Source of the DNA: Nitrosopumilus sp. | GTDB taxonomy: Archaea; Thermoproteota; Nitrososphaeria; Nitrososphaerales; Nitrosopumilaceae | Assembly: GCA_965219345.1 (NCBI GenBank) | Contig: OZ244732.1 | Coordinates: 448,001 to 512,000, forward strand | Length of the DNA: 64,000 bases | Direction of reading: 5' to 3' | Shown: positions 1-10,039 of the stretch, piece by piece | How positions within the stretch are numbered: the first letter of the stretch is position 1 | How the letters are laid out: every line of letters begins with the position of its first letter | Notes under the pieces: model-generated | Seen by the model: the letters and a program-made list of their open reading frames with translations, nothing else | Database searches by the model: none | Told to the model about the DNA's origin: nothing | Translations under genes and position numbers: made by a program

Positions 1-685
1 AGAATCAAGTAATAATCAGGTTGGCTTTGTACTTGTTGCGATTGATACTGGTGATTGTGGGATAGCAAGACTAAGAGGAACACATCTGGAATTTATTCCA
101 AATATCTATTCAGGTTCTGGTGGAAAGAGATACAAGACTAACTTCAATATTGAAAAATTCTTTGAGCAAGTACAACAAGCAGTATCAACTGTACTCAAAG
201 AAGGAGATTTGATAGTAGTTTTTGGTCCTGGTGAAACAAAAAAAAGATTTGCCAATTTTATTCAAAAACCACAAAATATACAAAAATACAAAGTTCAGGT
301 TGTTGAAGGAATTGATTCTGGTGGAGAGGATGGAATTTACATATTTACAAAATCTCAAACAATGAAGGAGATAATGTCAGATAGCAAGCTAGCTAAGGCA
401 TCATCAATCATCGATGAGATAATGCTTCTTGCAAACAAGAAGAGTGGAAAGTTTACGATGGGATTCGATGAAACTTTTAACGCAAATCAAATAGGAGCTG
501 TTGAATCCCTTGTATTTTCAGACAAAGCAATTCAAGACAATGAGCAAAAAATGATGGATTTTCTCAATGATGTTGAGAGTAAAGGAGTGAAAATTTACAG
601 TGTTGATTCATCTACAGATATTGGTCTAAGAGTTACAGGTTTAGGTGGAATAGTTTCACTATTAAGATATGCAATAGGATCTTAA
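1..685 (+). CDS. pelA: Pelota/aRF1-domain mRNA surveillance protein (5' part outside window)
   Basis: Frame is open from the window start (AIDTG, GSGGKRY); eRF1 domain 2/3 motifs GPGETK and GLGGIVSLLRY. Confidence 0.9.
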   Translation, partial: ESSNNQVGFVLVAIDTGDCGIARLRGTHLEFIPNIYSGSGGKRYKTNFNIEKFFEQVQQAVSTVLKEGDLIVVFGPGETKKRFANFIQKPQNIQKYKVQVVEGIDSGGEDGIYIFTKSQTMKEIMSDSKLAKASSIIDEIMLLANKKSGKFTMGFDETFNANQIGAVESLVFSDKAIQDNEQKMMDFLNDVESKGVKIYSVDSSTDIGLRVTGLGGIVSLLRYAIGS

Positions 686-993
686 TTTGTAGATTCTATT
701 AACCAATTTAGATATGACTTGTTAATGGAAGTAACATCAACTTCTGCTATTTCAGGAACATCATATGGATGAGTCTCTTTAATTTTCTTTTTTAGTAGTT
801 TCTTGTTTTTTGTCATAGTTTTGAATATGGCAAGATATTCGGATGTGTTTTCCACGTTTCCATTCCAAGAATAAATTGAAGAAATTTTTGAAATGTTGAC
901 ACAGGCAACTGTCTTATTTTTTACAAACTCATTTGCAATTTTTGTAATTGATTTTTTGTCAGGATATGTTGAGATAATTATCACTGGTTTCAT
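682..993 (-). CDS. cutA: Divalent cation tolerance protein CutA
   Basis: VACVNI, SIYSWNG and HPYDVPEI motifs. Confidence 0.93.
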   Translation of the reverse strand: MKPVIIISTYPDKKSITKIANEFVKNKTVACVNISKISSIYSWNGNVENTSEYLAIFKTMTKNKKLLKKKIKETHPYDVPEIAEVDVTSINKSYLNWLIESTN

Positions 994-1036
994 AGTAACC
1001 GATAAATGTACGTACTTTAAAAAATTAACAATTAGT

Positions 1037-2233
1037 TTGGAACTTGATTTTATTACTCAGAATGCAATAATCTATGTGTTAATTGCATGGGTTATCATTG
1101 TAATAATTGCAAAAGGCCTAAAATTAGAAAAATATGGCTTTGAGATAAAGGCATACAGTCTAGTATACAAGAATAAAGGTGTTAATTCAGTTCTGATCAG
1201 ACTACTTGGCAGAACAAAAAGAGGAATCAGGGTTTTTGCTGATACAAGTGTAATTGCGGGCTTTCTAATGATGGGTTTCGCATTTTGGTTTTTGTTAAAT
1301 AATGTAGCAAACTTTTTTGTTGCAAAAGATGAGTTTGCTGAATTAACAGTATTGATTCCAGGAGTAACGTTAACATCTGCACCTGCAATTGCATACTTTC
1401 TACTCTCCATTCCAATTGTATTAGTTATTCATGAAGGAGCACATGGAATAGTGGCAGCTCTAGAAAAAATAAAGATCAAAACAGGGGGCTTTGCAATATT
1501 CATTGCATTGTTTGCAGGATTTGTGGAGCCAGATGAGGAAGAATTTGACAAAGCAAAAAAGATTTCAAAATTAAGAGTAATTGGGGCAGGGGCCACATCT
1601 AACGTACTTTTTGCATTTGTATTAGGTGCCATTTTATTAACAAACCCATTCTTTGCAATGGTATTGCCAGAACCATTTCTAAGTGTATTTTATGAATTAC
1701 CTGATGGAGTTTTGATCCTCTCAATTATAGAAAATTCGGGGGCTGAGAAGGCAGGATTGGTTGCAAATGATATAATTACTTCAATTAATGAAATACCGAT
1801 TTACAGTCCGGTTGATTTTCCCAGTTTGAATCCTGGGGAGACAGCAAGTGTTACCGTACTTAGAGATAGTCAAGCATTGGAATTTGGTGTAGAGATTATG
1901 CCCGCACCTGAAGATCCTGAAAGAGGATTGATAGGAATTATGAGGGACAACTCGTTTGCCTACAAGCCTGTAATGAACTTCATTGAATGGAGTGATCCAA
2001 ATGTTTCAATGTTCTTGTTGTGGCTCTGGATGATTTCATTTTTCATAGGAATAATCAATATGCTTCCTTTACCAATATTGGATGGAGGAAAATTCATTCA
2101 TACAATTATTGATAAAAGAATTTCAGATAATGCAGTAAATGGGGTTATGTGGGGAATTTACGCATTCACCTTTATCTTGTTTGGTCTAAACATTGCTTTG
2201 TCCTACATGAAATCTGGATGGTTTACAATATAG
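1037..2233 (+). CDS. Site-2 protease (M50) intramembrane metalloprotease with PDZ domain
   Basis: HEGAH zinc motif, NMLPLPILDGG, PDZ segment (SGAEKAGL..DII); likely TTG start at 1037 because the longer ORF overlaps cutA. Confidence 0.9.
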   Translation: MELDFITQNAIIYVLIAWVIIVIIAKGLKLEKYGFEIKAYSLVYKNKGVNSVLIRLLGRTKRGIRVFADTSVIAGFLMMGFAFWFLLNNVANFFVAKDEFAELTVLIPGVTLTSAPAIAYFLLSIPIVLVIHEGAHGIVAALEKIKIKTGGFAIFIALFAGFVEPDEEEFDKAKKISKLRVIGAGATSNVLFAFVLGAILLTNPFFAMVLPEPFLSVFYELPDGVLILSIIENSGAEKAGLVANDIITSINEIPIYSPVDFPSLNPGETASVTVLRDSQALEFGVEIMPAPEDPERGLIGIMRDNSFAYKPVMNFIEWSDPNVSMFLLWLWMISFFIGIINMLPLPILDGGKFIHTIIDKRISDNAVNGVMWGIYAFTFILFGLNIALSYMKSGWFTI

Positions 2234-2442
2234 AAAATGCCTAGAGTATTCAGCTCTTTTTGTTAAACATACTCAGGCACAAAATCAATGGATCGTAATG
2301 TTAGAGAAAAACAAAAGGATTTGAGTCTACATCATTGAGATATTGTGTATAGTTTGTTAAACATAGTTCAGCGTAAAATATCAGATCTGTATTTCACTTT
2401 TCTTCAGTTTTTTTTACTTTGTAATTAACCTCTATTTTCACA

Positions 2443-2757
2443 TTACAACATGCCCACAACAGATTTGCGAATTTGCCCACCAGTAAAGATTTGATCTAAA
2501 ATTGCCACTCCTGCTACTACTAACAATACTTTACCAGAATTACTTTCAGCTAAATGACTCACCAATGATGTAAGGGATTCATGAGGATCATCTTTGTCAT
2601 AGTGAACTTTGCAGTATCCAGTTTTTGGATCACATTCAGCGTGATAGTGACCATTTCTAAAGTGAATTTTGTCTAATTTCTCTCCAATAGACCTTGTCCA
2701 AGAAGGATCACCTTCAAAATTCTCAATTCTATTCTTTCTAGTAAAATTATTTTTCAA
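2443..2757 (-). CDS. Hypothetical protein with His/Cys-rich segment and C-terminal hydrophobic helix
   Basis: ORF tightly packed in a three-gene run; HYH..CDP..C.VHYD..DPH pattern. Confidence 0.55.
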   Translation of the reverse strand: MKNNFTRKNRIENFEGDPSWTRSIGEKLDKIHFRNGHYHAECDPKTGYCKVHYDKDDPHESLTSLVSHLAESNSGKVLLVVAGVAILDQIFTGGQIRKSVVGML

Positions 2758-2758
2758 T

Positions 2759-3025
2759 TCAGCACTCCCTCAAATAGCATACTTTCCATGGCATACACTC
2801 AACAGGTACATTTTTGAGAATATTGACAGTGTCATGTCTACCATAATACGTTGGTGTACCTCTATGATCCTGTGCCATTAAAATAATTGGCATATTTGGA
2901 AATTCAAATTGAAATGCTTCAATAGTTTCATTTGCCCTGAATCTTGAATTAACTACATGTCTTTTTACTATTATTATAGCAAATGTTTTTCCTCGTTCTC
3001 TTATTACTGCACCATGGATTCTCAT
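2759..3025 (-). CDS. Conserved hypothetical protein (GAVI.E.G.TFAI...MPIILMAQD..G.PTYYGR family)
   Basis: Resembles a small uncharacterised family I recall mainly from bacteria; overlaps the upstream stop. Confidence 0.7.
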   Translation of the reverse strand: MRIHGAVIRERGKTFAIIIVKRHVVNSRFRANETIEAFQFEFPNMPIILMAQDHRGTPTYYGRHDTVNILKNVPVECMPWKVCYLREC

Positions 3026-3252
3026 GGAATTGTTCCCCCTTCTACAAGATATGTTATTACAAATAGAAGTGCACCTGTCATTGACGCGACAAATTTAATT
3101 TTAAATGAACCATATTGTATTAGCATGGTCATCATAAACATTCCAAATCCTGCAAAAATAAAATATACGTTATAAGTAGAAAGCAATGTCGCTATTGCAG
3201 CTACAGTACCAGCAATGCCTGAAACTTTAGCTTTATCCATTACAACTGTCAT
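3022..3252 (-). CDS. Small membrane protein (about 3 TM)
   Basis: Hydrophobic ORF; GGAAAGGA RBS-like sequence upstream; ATGA overlap with next gene. Confidence 0.6.
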   Translation of the reverse strand: MTVVMDKAKVSGIAGTVAAIATLLSTYNVYFIFAGFGMFMMTMLIQYGSFKIKFVASMTGALLFVITYLVEGGTIP

Positions 3253-3537
3253 TTTTTATTTCCTTTCCTATGACTCATGGACATCATGAGTCCATGTTTT
3301 TTCTTTTCAAACATTTGATTATTTTACGAGTGTTGAAGATTTAACATAGTATCTGATGTAATCTCCATGTATCTGGGATTCTTTCCATATATCTGGAGAG
3401 TTTTCCAGAGTTCTTGATTTGTATTTAGAAATTTTATTCTTTATTTTTGAAACTTAGTTTTTGTGAATTTTTTTATATCGGTTATGATCGATTTGATCAC
3501 ACTCTTTTTTAATTACATTCCCCTCAATTAGTAAATA

Positions 3538-3605
3538 CTGCTGTCCAGCAGACCATGGGATTGCCAGAGGCAATAACACCTGCGAAACTTGTACTACGAC
3601 GGCAG
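3538..3605 (+). ncRNA. Predicted structured small RNA, unit 1 (duplicate copy)
   Basis: ctgctgtc/gacggcag closing stem around the constant core, followed by a T-tract. Confidence 0.6.
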
Positions 3606-3672
3606 TTTTTCTAATAATCTGGAATCTTCTCCAGATAGTGGTTTATATTCTCAATATCGTTTTTTCAATTAA

Positions 3673-3745
3673 GTTACCATCCAGCAGAATTATGGGATTG
3701 CCAGAGGCAATAACACCTGCGAAACTCAACCAACGGCAACTTCAC
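3673..3745 (+). ncRNA. Hybrid RNA unit (5' arm of unit 2 joined to 3' arm of unit 3)
   Basis: gttaccatc ... ggcaacttcac; the arms no longer form the full stem. Confidence 0.5.
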
Positions 3746-3758
3746 TTTTTATTTATTG

Positions 3759-3847
3759 TTAAATAAATTTCCAAAGATAGCATTTGGCAACTTTTGCCGA
3801 ATTTTTGGTTTTTAATTTATTATGAAATTCCCAAGGAATCAAAATGC
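3759..3847 (-). pseudogene. C-terminal fragment of the DUF3800-like gene (ILIPWEFHNKLKTKNSAKVAKCYLWKFI*)
   Basis: Near identity to 17290-17378. Confidence 0.85.
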
Positions 3848-3938
3848 CACTCTGTTCAATCTTAGGTGCTTTTCACACACCTGTTCAATTAGGCGCATTT
3901 GGTGTTAAGTTAGGCACTTAGTTAATCGGTGTGCCAGA

Positions 3939-6146
3939 TTATTTTCTTTGTTTTGCTAATTTAAGAAGTGTGTAGTCGGTCAGGATTGAAATTAGACCAT
4001 CAAACTCGTTGAAGTCTATTGGCATTTTCATCTTTAGAAGATAATTTGGCGATTTGTTTTCTTGGAGTGCCTGTTTTAATTTTGTTATTGATGAATAGGC
4101 AAGTGGACTGTGAAACGGTTTTTTTGATAAGAAAATCAATAGCGTTCTCTGCAACGAAGAGTTTTTGAACAATTCGGGCAAATCTGGATCAGGATTTACA
4201 ACAAAAACGACTCTGTCAATTTTTAAGATCGTAGAGGAGTAATCCATTACAAAATGATTACAATTTCTATTAGGAATTCCTATGGAATTTAATATGTGGC
4301 TAGAATCAGTATCTCGATAGATGTTGTAACCAGCAACATTTGGTATCTGTTTAGAAAATATCTTATGAATTATGTGTGGCAAATTATCTTGTAATTGTGA
4401 TGATAAATTTTGCAATTCTGAATTTTTTGGCTGTAGCTCTGCTGATGTGTGGTATGCTGAAGAGTCATTTTTGATATTCAGATACAGATCACGATACACA
4501 GCATAGGAATTAAATGGAACATTGCCATTGATATTCTGCGCATCATCCCACTTTGGATGTATGTTGTTTAGATCGAAAACTATTCCGGCGGCATTGTGAT
4601 AATTATTAAAGACATTTACAAAATTAATTGCCAGTCCGATTAATTCTTCATAGTTCCTTACAAAGACCTCCTGCTCTTTGATAAATATGCCTCCTGGCTT
4701 GGAGTTGAATTCATTGAATTCCCCTACTGTTGAATAGGTATTTTCTTGAATGCCTTTAAGATACCCTTGCGGAACTAGGAATCGCAAAAAGTCAGTACAG
4801 GCGGTCTGTATAGTCACTGTTGAACCAATAGAAATTTCTCGGCCGAGTTTTACAGAATGGTGTTCAACAGTAAAGTTTGTTCCAATAGGAGTTACGGCTA
4901 ATTCATGAGCAAGTCCGTACAAATGCGTGAGAACGGTATTGTTTTCTTCCCATTGAGAATTATGAGGTGATTTACGCCTATCATATATCCATTCGATAGA
5001 CTTTTGAAGATTTGCTTTAATTTTCATAATCTCATTGGTTTCAAATTCAAGTATTGGCTTTCTGTCACTGGTAGTTTTGTGGATGTGATCTCGGATAATA
5101 TTGTATAATGAAAAGAAATGGGAATGGGATTCAAACAATAAAAATTTCTTGAAAATTTCAAAATCTGAATCACTTGTATCAAAACCCGTATTGCCTATAA
5201 TCTCGTCAAGAAATTTGCCCATTTCATCAAATGTTGGGTGTTTCAAGAAGAGGTATTGAGAGAAGAGAGTAGACTCGATAGATTTGGGCACTGTGATTGA
5301 GGGTAAAATACTGGGATCAGAAATGAAGACGTATCTTGCATTGCTTTGATTAATCAGCATTTTAATGGACTGTACAAAATCCAGCTGTTGCTTTAATTTA
5401 TCAAGTTCATCAATGACAAAAACTATCCTATATTTGTCTGAGAATTTGCCTAGCAGTTCTTCAAATTCAGATTGCATGGTCGCAAGGTCATAGTCATGTT
5501 GAAGGTATTGAGACGCGACATTAGAATAGGATTTTCTTCGCTGGAAAGTATAATTTGCAATAAACCAAGATAAACCAGCACCAATGATTGCAGAATGCAA
5601 TATCCATTTTTCTGGCATGTCAGAAAACGATAAGCCTCCCAAGATGCACACTATAACGGCAGTTATTAAATTGATTTTTACAGTTCGCTCTTTGAGAAGA
5701 AATTTAGATAATTCAAATTTTGATTTGTTGGAATATTCCGATGCAGTAGCCTTGAAAAATAATTCTGCAGTTTCTCTTTTCAAGCCATCAGGCAGAAAAT
5801 CCAGACTTTTGGTTTTAGAATATAATGAACGGATAAACTGTTGCACGATAATTCTTATTGGGTTTGGGTTTTCGCTTTCAGAACTTTCAATTATTTTGTC
5901 TATAGATGCGGCATTAAGCAAAACTGGAATAATTTCTTCAGGCTTGTTGATATGGTTGATGCAGGAATATAGAAGGCTCGTTTTTCCTGATCCTCGTTCT
6001 CCGCATAGCAGTAATGCGCCTTCGTTGCTTCTTTGAATAAAATCAATGAGTTTTATTGATTCTTGTGTTCTTGTAATATGGTGTCCTTTAGGGGAATTAA
6101 TTCTAGGTTGGTAATCCCAATCAGATTTGAGCTGGATGGATTTCAT
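3939..6146 (-). CDS. KAP-family-like P-loop NTPase with two inserted TM helices and long C-terminal region
   Basis: Walker A GERGSGKT, hydrophobic hairpin between the Walker motifs, Walker B IVFVIDELD. Confidence 0.75.
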   Translation of the reverse strand: MKSIQLKSDWDYQPRINSPKGHHITRTQESIKLIDFIQRSNEGALLLCGERGSGKTSLLYSCINHINKPEEIIPVLLNAASIDKIIESSESENPNPIRIIVQQFIRSLYSKTKSLDFLPDGLKRETAELFFKATASEYSNKSKFELSKFLLKERTVKINLITAVIVCILGGLSFSDMPEKWILHSAIIGAGLSWFIANYTFQRRKSYSNVASQYLQHDYDLATMQSEFEELLGKFSDKYRIVFVIDELDKLKQQLDFVQSIKMLINQSNARYVFISDPSILPSITVPKSIESTLFSQYLFLKHPTFDEMGKFLDEIIGNTGFDTSDSDFEIFKKFLLFESHSHFFSLYNIIRDHIHKTTSDRKPILEFETNEIMKIKANLQKSIEWIYDRRKSPHNSQWEENNTVLTHLYGLAHELAVTPIGTNFTVEHHSVKLGREISIGSTVTIQTACTDFLRFLVPQGYLKGIQENTYSTVGEFNEFNSKPGGIFIKEQEVFVRNYEELIGLAINFVNVFNNYHNAAGIVFDLNNIHPKWDDAQNINGNVPFNSYAVYRDLYLNIKNDSSAYHTSAELQPKNSELQNLSSQLQDNLPHIIHKIFSKQIPNVAGYNIYRDTDSSHILNSIGIPNRNCNHFVMDYSSTILKIDRVVFVVNPDPDLPELFKNSSLQRTLLIFLSKKPFHSPLAYSSITKLKQALQENKSPNYLLKMKMPIDFNEFDGLISILTDYTLLKLAKQRK

Positions 6147-6263
6147 ATGGAATAACTGTTTAATCGGATATTATGAATTCTTTGCTAGGTTCTATCAAAC
6201 TTATGGTCAATTTTATAAAAAATTCCAAGCAGTGACAAAATTCGATATTGTAATTTACTTTTA

Positions 6264-7070
6264 ATGAAATTTATTTTTTCAGATCTGCTCAACAGTAAAA
6301 TAAGATGGTCAAACAGCCAAGGGGTGTATTTAACCGGAATTTATGACATGTATTGGGGAGACAGTGATCTGATATTGGTGAATTTGAGCAGCCTCGAACA
6401 GGAATACTCGATTAAGTTTTTTGATTCTAATGGAGGTATAGTTTATGAAACTAAGCATGACAAAGTAAAACCTTTTGGCTCCAAACTCATTGGGCTGGCA
6501 AAGATTCGCGAACTCAGGAACCAAAAAGGACTTGTAGTTATTCAATGCAATTCAGGGATTAGATGTGAGTTTAGATATCGTGCAGATGATGGACCCTTGA
6601 GAACATCTGTTCCATTTAAAGAGGGAATGCCGCCTTTCTCTTTAGAAGGTATTACAATATTCATCAGTTTTGCTATGCAGGAGAAGAATGATAGTCTCTA
6701 TGGTCTAGTGAGCAGGTTGCTTAAGGCTTTGGGATTTACCGTTCTTTCTGCTAAAGAAACAGGAAGGGCAGACTTATCTCCCAGTACTCAAGCAAGTGAT
6801 TTGATTGCCCAATCAAACGCATTACTAGCCATACTTACAAAAGACATCAAGTCAGACAAAAATGGAAAAGAGATTTTTTATTCAAGCCAAAACGTAATAG
6901 ATGAAATTGGACAGGCAACTAACAAACCCGTAATAATTATTGCAGAAGAGAAAGTTGAAATTCCCTCCAACATACAAATGCGTGCTACTTACCTGACTTT
7001 CTCACGCAGTGGGATGGAAGAAATGTTAGTAATACTGACCGAGGCTTTGAAAAAAATCAAGCTGATCTAA
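6264..7070 (+). CDS. Protein with C-terminal TIR-like domain and N-terminal beta-rich domain
   Basis: IFISFA, LLKALGF, SQNVIDEIGQA (catalytic-type Glu), IPSNI. Confidence 0.72.
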   Translation: MKFIFSDLLNSKIRWSNSQGVYLTGIYDMYWGDSDLILVNLSSLEQEYSIKFFDSNGGIVYETKHDKVKPFGSKLIGLAKIRELRNQKGLVVIQCNSGIRCEFRYRADDGPLRTSVPFKEGMPPFSLEGITIFISFAMQEKNDSLYGLVSRLLKALGFTVLSAKETGRADLSPSTQASDLIAQSNALLAILTKDIKSDKNGKEIFYSSQNVIDEIGQATNKPVIIIAEEKVEIPSNIQMRATYLTFSRSGMEEMLVILTEALKKIKLI

Positions 7071-7282
7071 ATTTTTAAAAAAAGAAACGGAACGTATGTT
7101 GCCACATACTGGAGTTAGTCTGTTGGCACTGCAGTTGTATTTCTTCAATTCAAAAAACATCCCAAAAACGGATTCATATGCAAACGGCATCGGTAATAAC
7201 TATGTTGTTTTGCCCATTTCTATTTACAGTGTACGTGTTTGTGATCCGGTAATATTTTATCCTGCTGTGCAAGATCCTCACC

Positions 7283-7519
7283 ATGGTTGCGGCGAAGAAT
7301 ACTAATCCAAAGAAAGGTACTGATTGGGAGAGGATAGGGGCGTTTATAAAACAGACACGGTTAATCAGGACAATAGTTGCCACAGCTGTATTATTTTTTA
7401 CACTGAATTACCTCGCAAATATGAACAAGGATGACATTGCTTTGATAGCAATACTTTCAGGTATTGCTGGGTCTGCTGCAACTTTTTTATTTTCAGCTGC
7501 ATCAAACAAGGACAGCTAG
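7283..7519 (+). CDS. Small two-TM membrane protein
   Basis: Two hydrophobic helices; GSAATFLFS resembles holin-like termini. Confidence 0.5.
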   Translation: MVAAKNTNPKKGTDWERIGAFIKQTRLIRTIVATAVLFFTLNYLANMNKDDIALIAILSGIAGSAATFLFSAASNKDS

Positions 7520-7637
7520 CTTCAGGCGTATTAAGCGTAAATGATAGATTTGGGATTCATTTCATCATCCCAGCATTCGAAGATTAGACATAACATTTGA
7601 ATATAATATTTAAAACAGAGCTACGCATAGGCTACGC

Positions 7638-8597
7638 GTGAAAGAATACTGCGTGTCGTGGTGGAATGTTGAGAATCTTTTTGATTCTCAGGCTGCGCCA
7701 CGTGGGGACAAGCTGAAGCGTGTGCTTGGAAAGGAGTTAAAGGGATGGAATAGTACTGTACTGAACAAAAAGATCTCACAACTGTCAAAAATAATAGCAC
7801 AGCTAAACGGCGGTGCAGGGCCTGACATCTTGGGAGTCTGCGAGGCGGAGAGCAAGGAAGTATTGAAAAAATTAGTAGCTAAAATCCCTCTTTCGAGAAA
7901 TTACAAGATTGCACACGATGATGGCAAAGATAATCGGGGGATAGACACCGCATTCATTTACGACACAGACTCATTTAAGATGAAAGAAAAGTTTTCGCAC
8001 TTTATTGTAAAAAGAAACGCAACACGGGACCTATTCCAGGTGAATCTGGAGATGAAGAAGAGCGGCAGGCTGCTGGTACTTGTGGGGAATCACTGGCCTG
8101 CAAGAATTAGCGGAGCGTTTGATTCTGAGCCCTACAGACTCATAGCGGGTGAAACCTTGGCATATTTCCACGAAAGAATAGTAGAAAAGCACGGAAAAGA
8201 CGTCGCAGTAATCTCAATGGGTGATTTTAATGATGAGCCCTTTAACCGCTCTATAGTGAAGCACGCGCTGGCCACGAATGACAGGGGGCGGGTGCTGAGG
8301 GCTAGAAAACCCAAGTTCTACAACCTGATGTGGCCGCTGATGGCCAAAGGACTTGGTACCCACTATTATGGTGGGGCAGGTTCAATTCTTGACCAGATGA
8401 TGGTCTCGAAAGGATTGCTGCCCGGCAGAGGTACAGGACTATCAGTCAAGCCGGATTCGATGAGAATTGAGAATTCATCTGAAATGGCACGCAGGGGCAA
8501 GCCGCGCAGGTTTGGCCGTCCTTCCAAAAAAAGAACTTATGATGAGAATGGGTTTTCTGACCACTTTCCGATATCCGTCACACTTGAATCTGAGTGA
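7638..8597 (+). CDS. Endonuclease/exonuclease/phosphatase (EEP) family protein
   Basis: WNVENLFD, PDILGVCE, NHWP, MGDFNDEP, FSDHFP; more GC-rich than its flanks. Confidence 0.92.
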   Translation: MKEYCVSWWNVENLFDSQAAPRGDKLKRVLGKELKGWNSTVLNKKISQLSKIIAQLNGGAGPDILGVCEAESKEVLKKLVAKIPLSRNYKIAHDDGKDNRGIDTAFIYDTDSFKMKEKFSHFIVKRNATRDLFQVNLEMKKSGRLLVLVGNHWPARISGAFDSEPYRLIAGETLAYFHERIVEKHGKDVAVISMGDFNDEPFNRSIVKHALATNDRGRVLRARKPKFYNLMWPLMAKGLGTHYYGGAGSILDQMMVSKGLLPGRGTGLSVKPDSMRIENSSEMARRGKPRRFGRPSKKRTYDENGFSDHFPISVTLESE

Positions 8598-8818
8598 GGG
8601 CACCAGATCTGTTGGATTTTTAGAACCGTCTCATCAGGAGCCATATGTACTGTGAATGGTACTTGCATTCACATTTCAGGCTGTTTCCAGTCTTGGACAC
8701 AGTATAGAAATTTTCTGGATTGGTCTGTGACCTGACCCCGAAGGTTTGAGATTTGAGGCCAAAATCCCACAAAGGCGATTACAATCATGTTTATATAACG
8801 ATATTGAGAACATGCATC

Positions 8819-8956
8819 ATGCAAAAAATAGTCAAAAGGGAAGAAAAAATGCGAAAGATCTTCGAAACAGCCCAAAAAATGAAAAATGGTACAATAACGC
8901 CAGCAAAAACTTATGATAGCATTGATGAATTTGCAAAAGATCTAAAAAACAAGTGA
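8819..8956 (+). CDS. Putative small antitoxin
   Basis: 45 aa with K.YDSIDEF..DL tail typical of RelB/DinJ-like antitoxins; directly upstream of a RelE-like ORF. Confidence 0.5.
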   Translation: MQKIVKREEKMRKIFETAQKMKNGTITPAKTYDSIDEFAKDLKNK

Positions 8957-8963
8957 TTTCAAA

Positions 8964-9218
8964 ATGTGGAAAATCATCGTTGGGAATATGGCAAACTATG
9001 ATTTTCTAAGTAACCTAAACAACGAGAACATCGAGGAAATTCTAGCATGTTTTAAGGATGTGGCTCGTACGTTCAGCAAAATAAGTTCTTCAGTTTTTTG
9101 TACCAGTGCTATCTTCCCAGTAACATCATACAAAGCCACGGACAAAAAACTTTCAATCCACTATCATGTGGATAATGATGAAGAAATGATTCGAATCACT
9201 AGCGTCGAATTGGAATAA
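8964..9218 (+). CDS. RelE/ParE-like toxin (divergent)
   Basis: 84 aa; MWKII start and IHYHVDNDEEMIRITSV end fit the RelE/ParE beta-strand pattern. Confidence 0.5.
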   Translation: MWKIIVGNMANYDFLSNLNNENIEEILACFKDVARTFSKISSSVFCTSAIFPVTSYKATDKKLSIHYHVDNDEEMIRITSVELE

Positions 9219-9279
9219 CTGCGTTCCGAACATCAAAGATGAGTCCACAATCATTCCAGAGAATATGTTGTAGCGGAAC

Positions 9280-9684
9280 AAAACAGTTTGCCAATATCAA
9301 CCGTAATTAGTCCTGCAAATGAAACATGATAGTGCAAAATTTGTGGATGTCATAGAATCAATTTCAGATTTTACAGATAATTCCATGACGAATCAGATTG
9401 TTTCAGTTTATGCAGACAGGGGATATGGTGCAAGATACATCGGGAATTATCCGAGAAACAGCAACATTACATGCTGCATTCCCTACAAAAGTAATTCCAA
9501 ATTTATTTTACAAAATAACAGTTACAGCAATTACAGCAAGACAGGATTTGTTGCAGAGAGATTCTTTGCGCGGTTGAAAAATGGATTTCACGGAACCAGA
9601 ATCAGATATGAAAGGCGTTCAGAGAATTATCTTGCATTTGTTTACCTGGCATCAATTATGATGTATTGGAGAGTGTTGGGATAA
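9280..9684 (+). pseudogene. IS5-family transposase C-terminal remnant
   Basis: LPIST..SPAN(frameshift)HD, YADRGY, AERFFARLK, RYERR..NYLAF. Confidence 0.85.
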
Positions 9685-9685
9685 G

Positions 9686-10039
9686 TTGTTGATTAGATAT
9701 AAAGATGAGCATAAAGGTAAACTTGCATATGTTTCAGGTACTGTAACTGCTGTTAATGAATCGCATCAAGGGTATGATGTTCAAGTGTGGAGCACACCTA
9801 CATTACAAATGAACACGCAGTTTTCTGCATATTTGAGTTATCCTGAACGATTACTCAGTGGTGATAGGGTTTCAGGATATGGAATTTATGATGGTATATG
9901 TGGTCAAAGCATAGTAGGTGATCCATACGCCTGTTTTACTAATGTAAAATTAGAAACCGTTGATTTTAGAACAACATCTGATGATTTTGATGATTTATGT
10001 GATGATCCAATTGCAATGCGATTTGGACTATGTAAGTAA
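9686..10039 (+). pseudogene. 5'-truncated copy of the zinc-ribbon/OB-fold protein gene at 21783-22664
   Basis: Translation nearly identical to its C-terminal 117 aa. Confidence 0.85.

Larger units (their letters stand above)
3319..3847 (+). repeat. Direct duplicate of 16712-17378 (palindrome triplet, RNA array, 3' end of DUF3800-like gene) with one repeat unit deleted
   Basis: Near-identical from ttattttacgagtgttg to ccaaggaatcaaaatgc. Confidence 0.95.
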
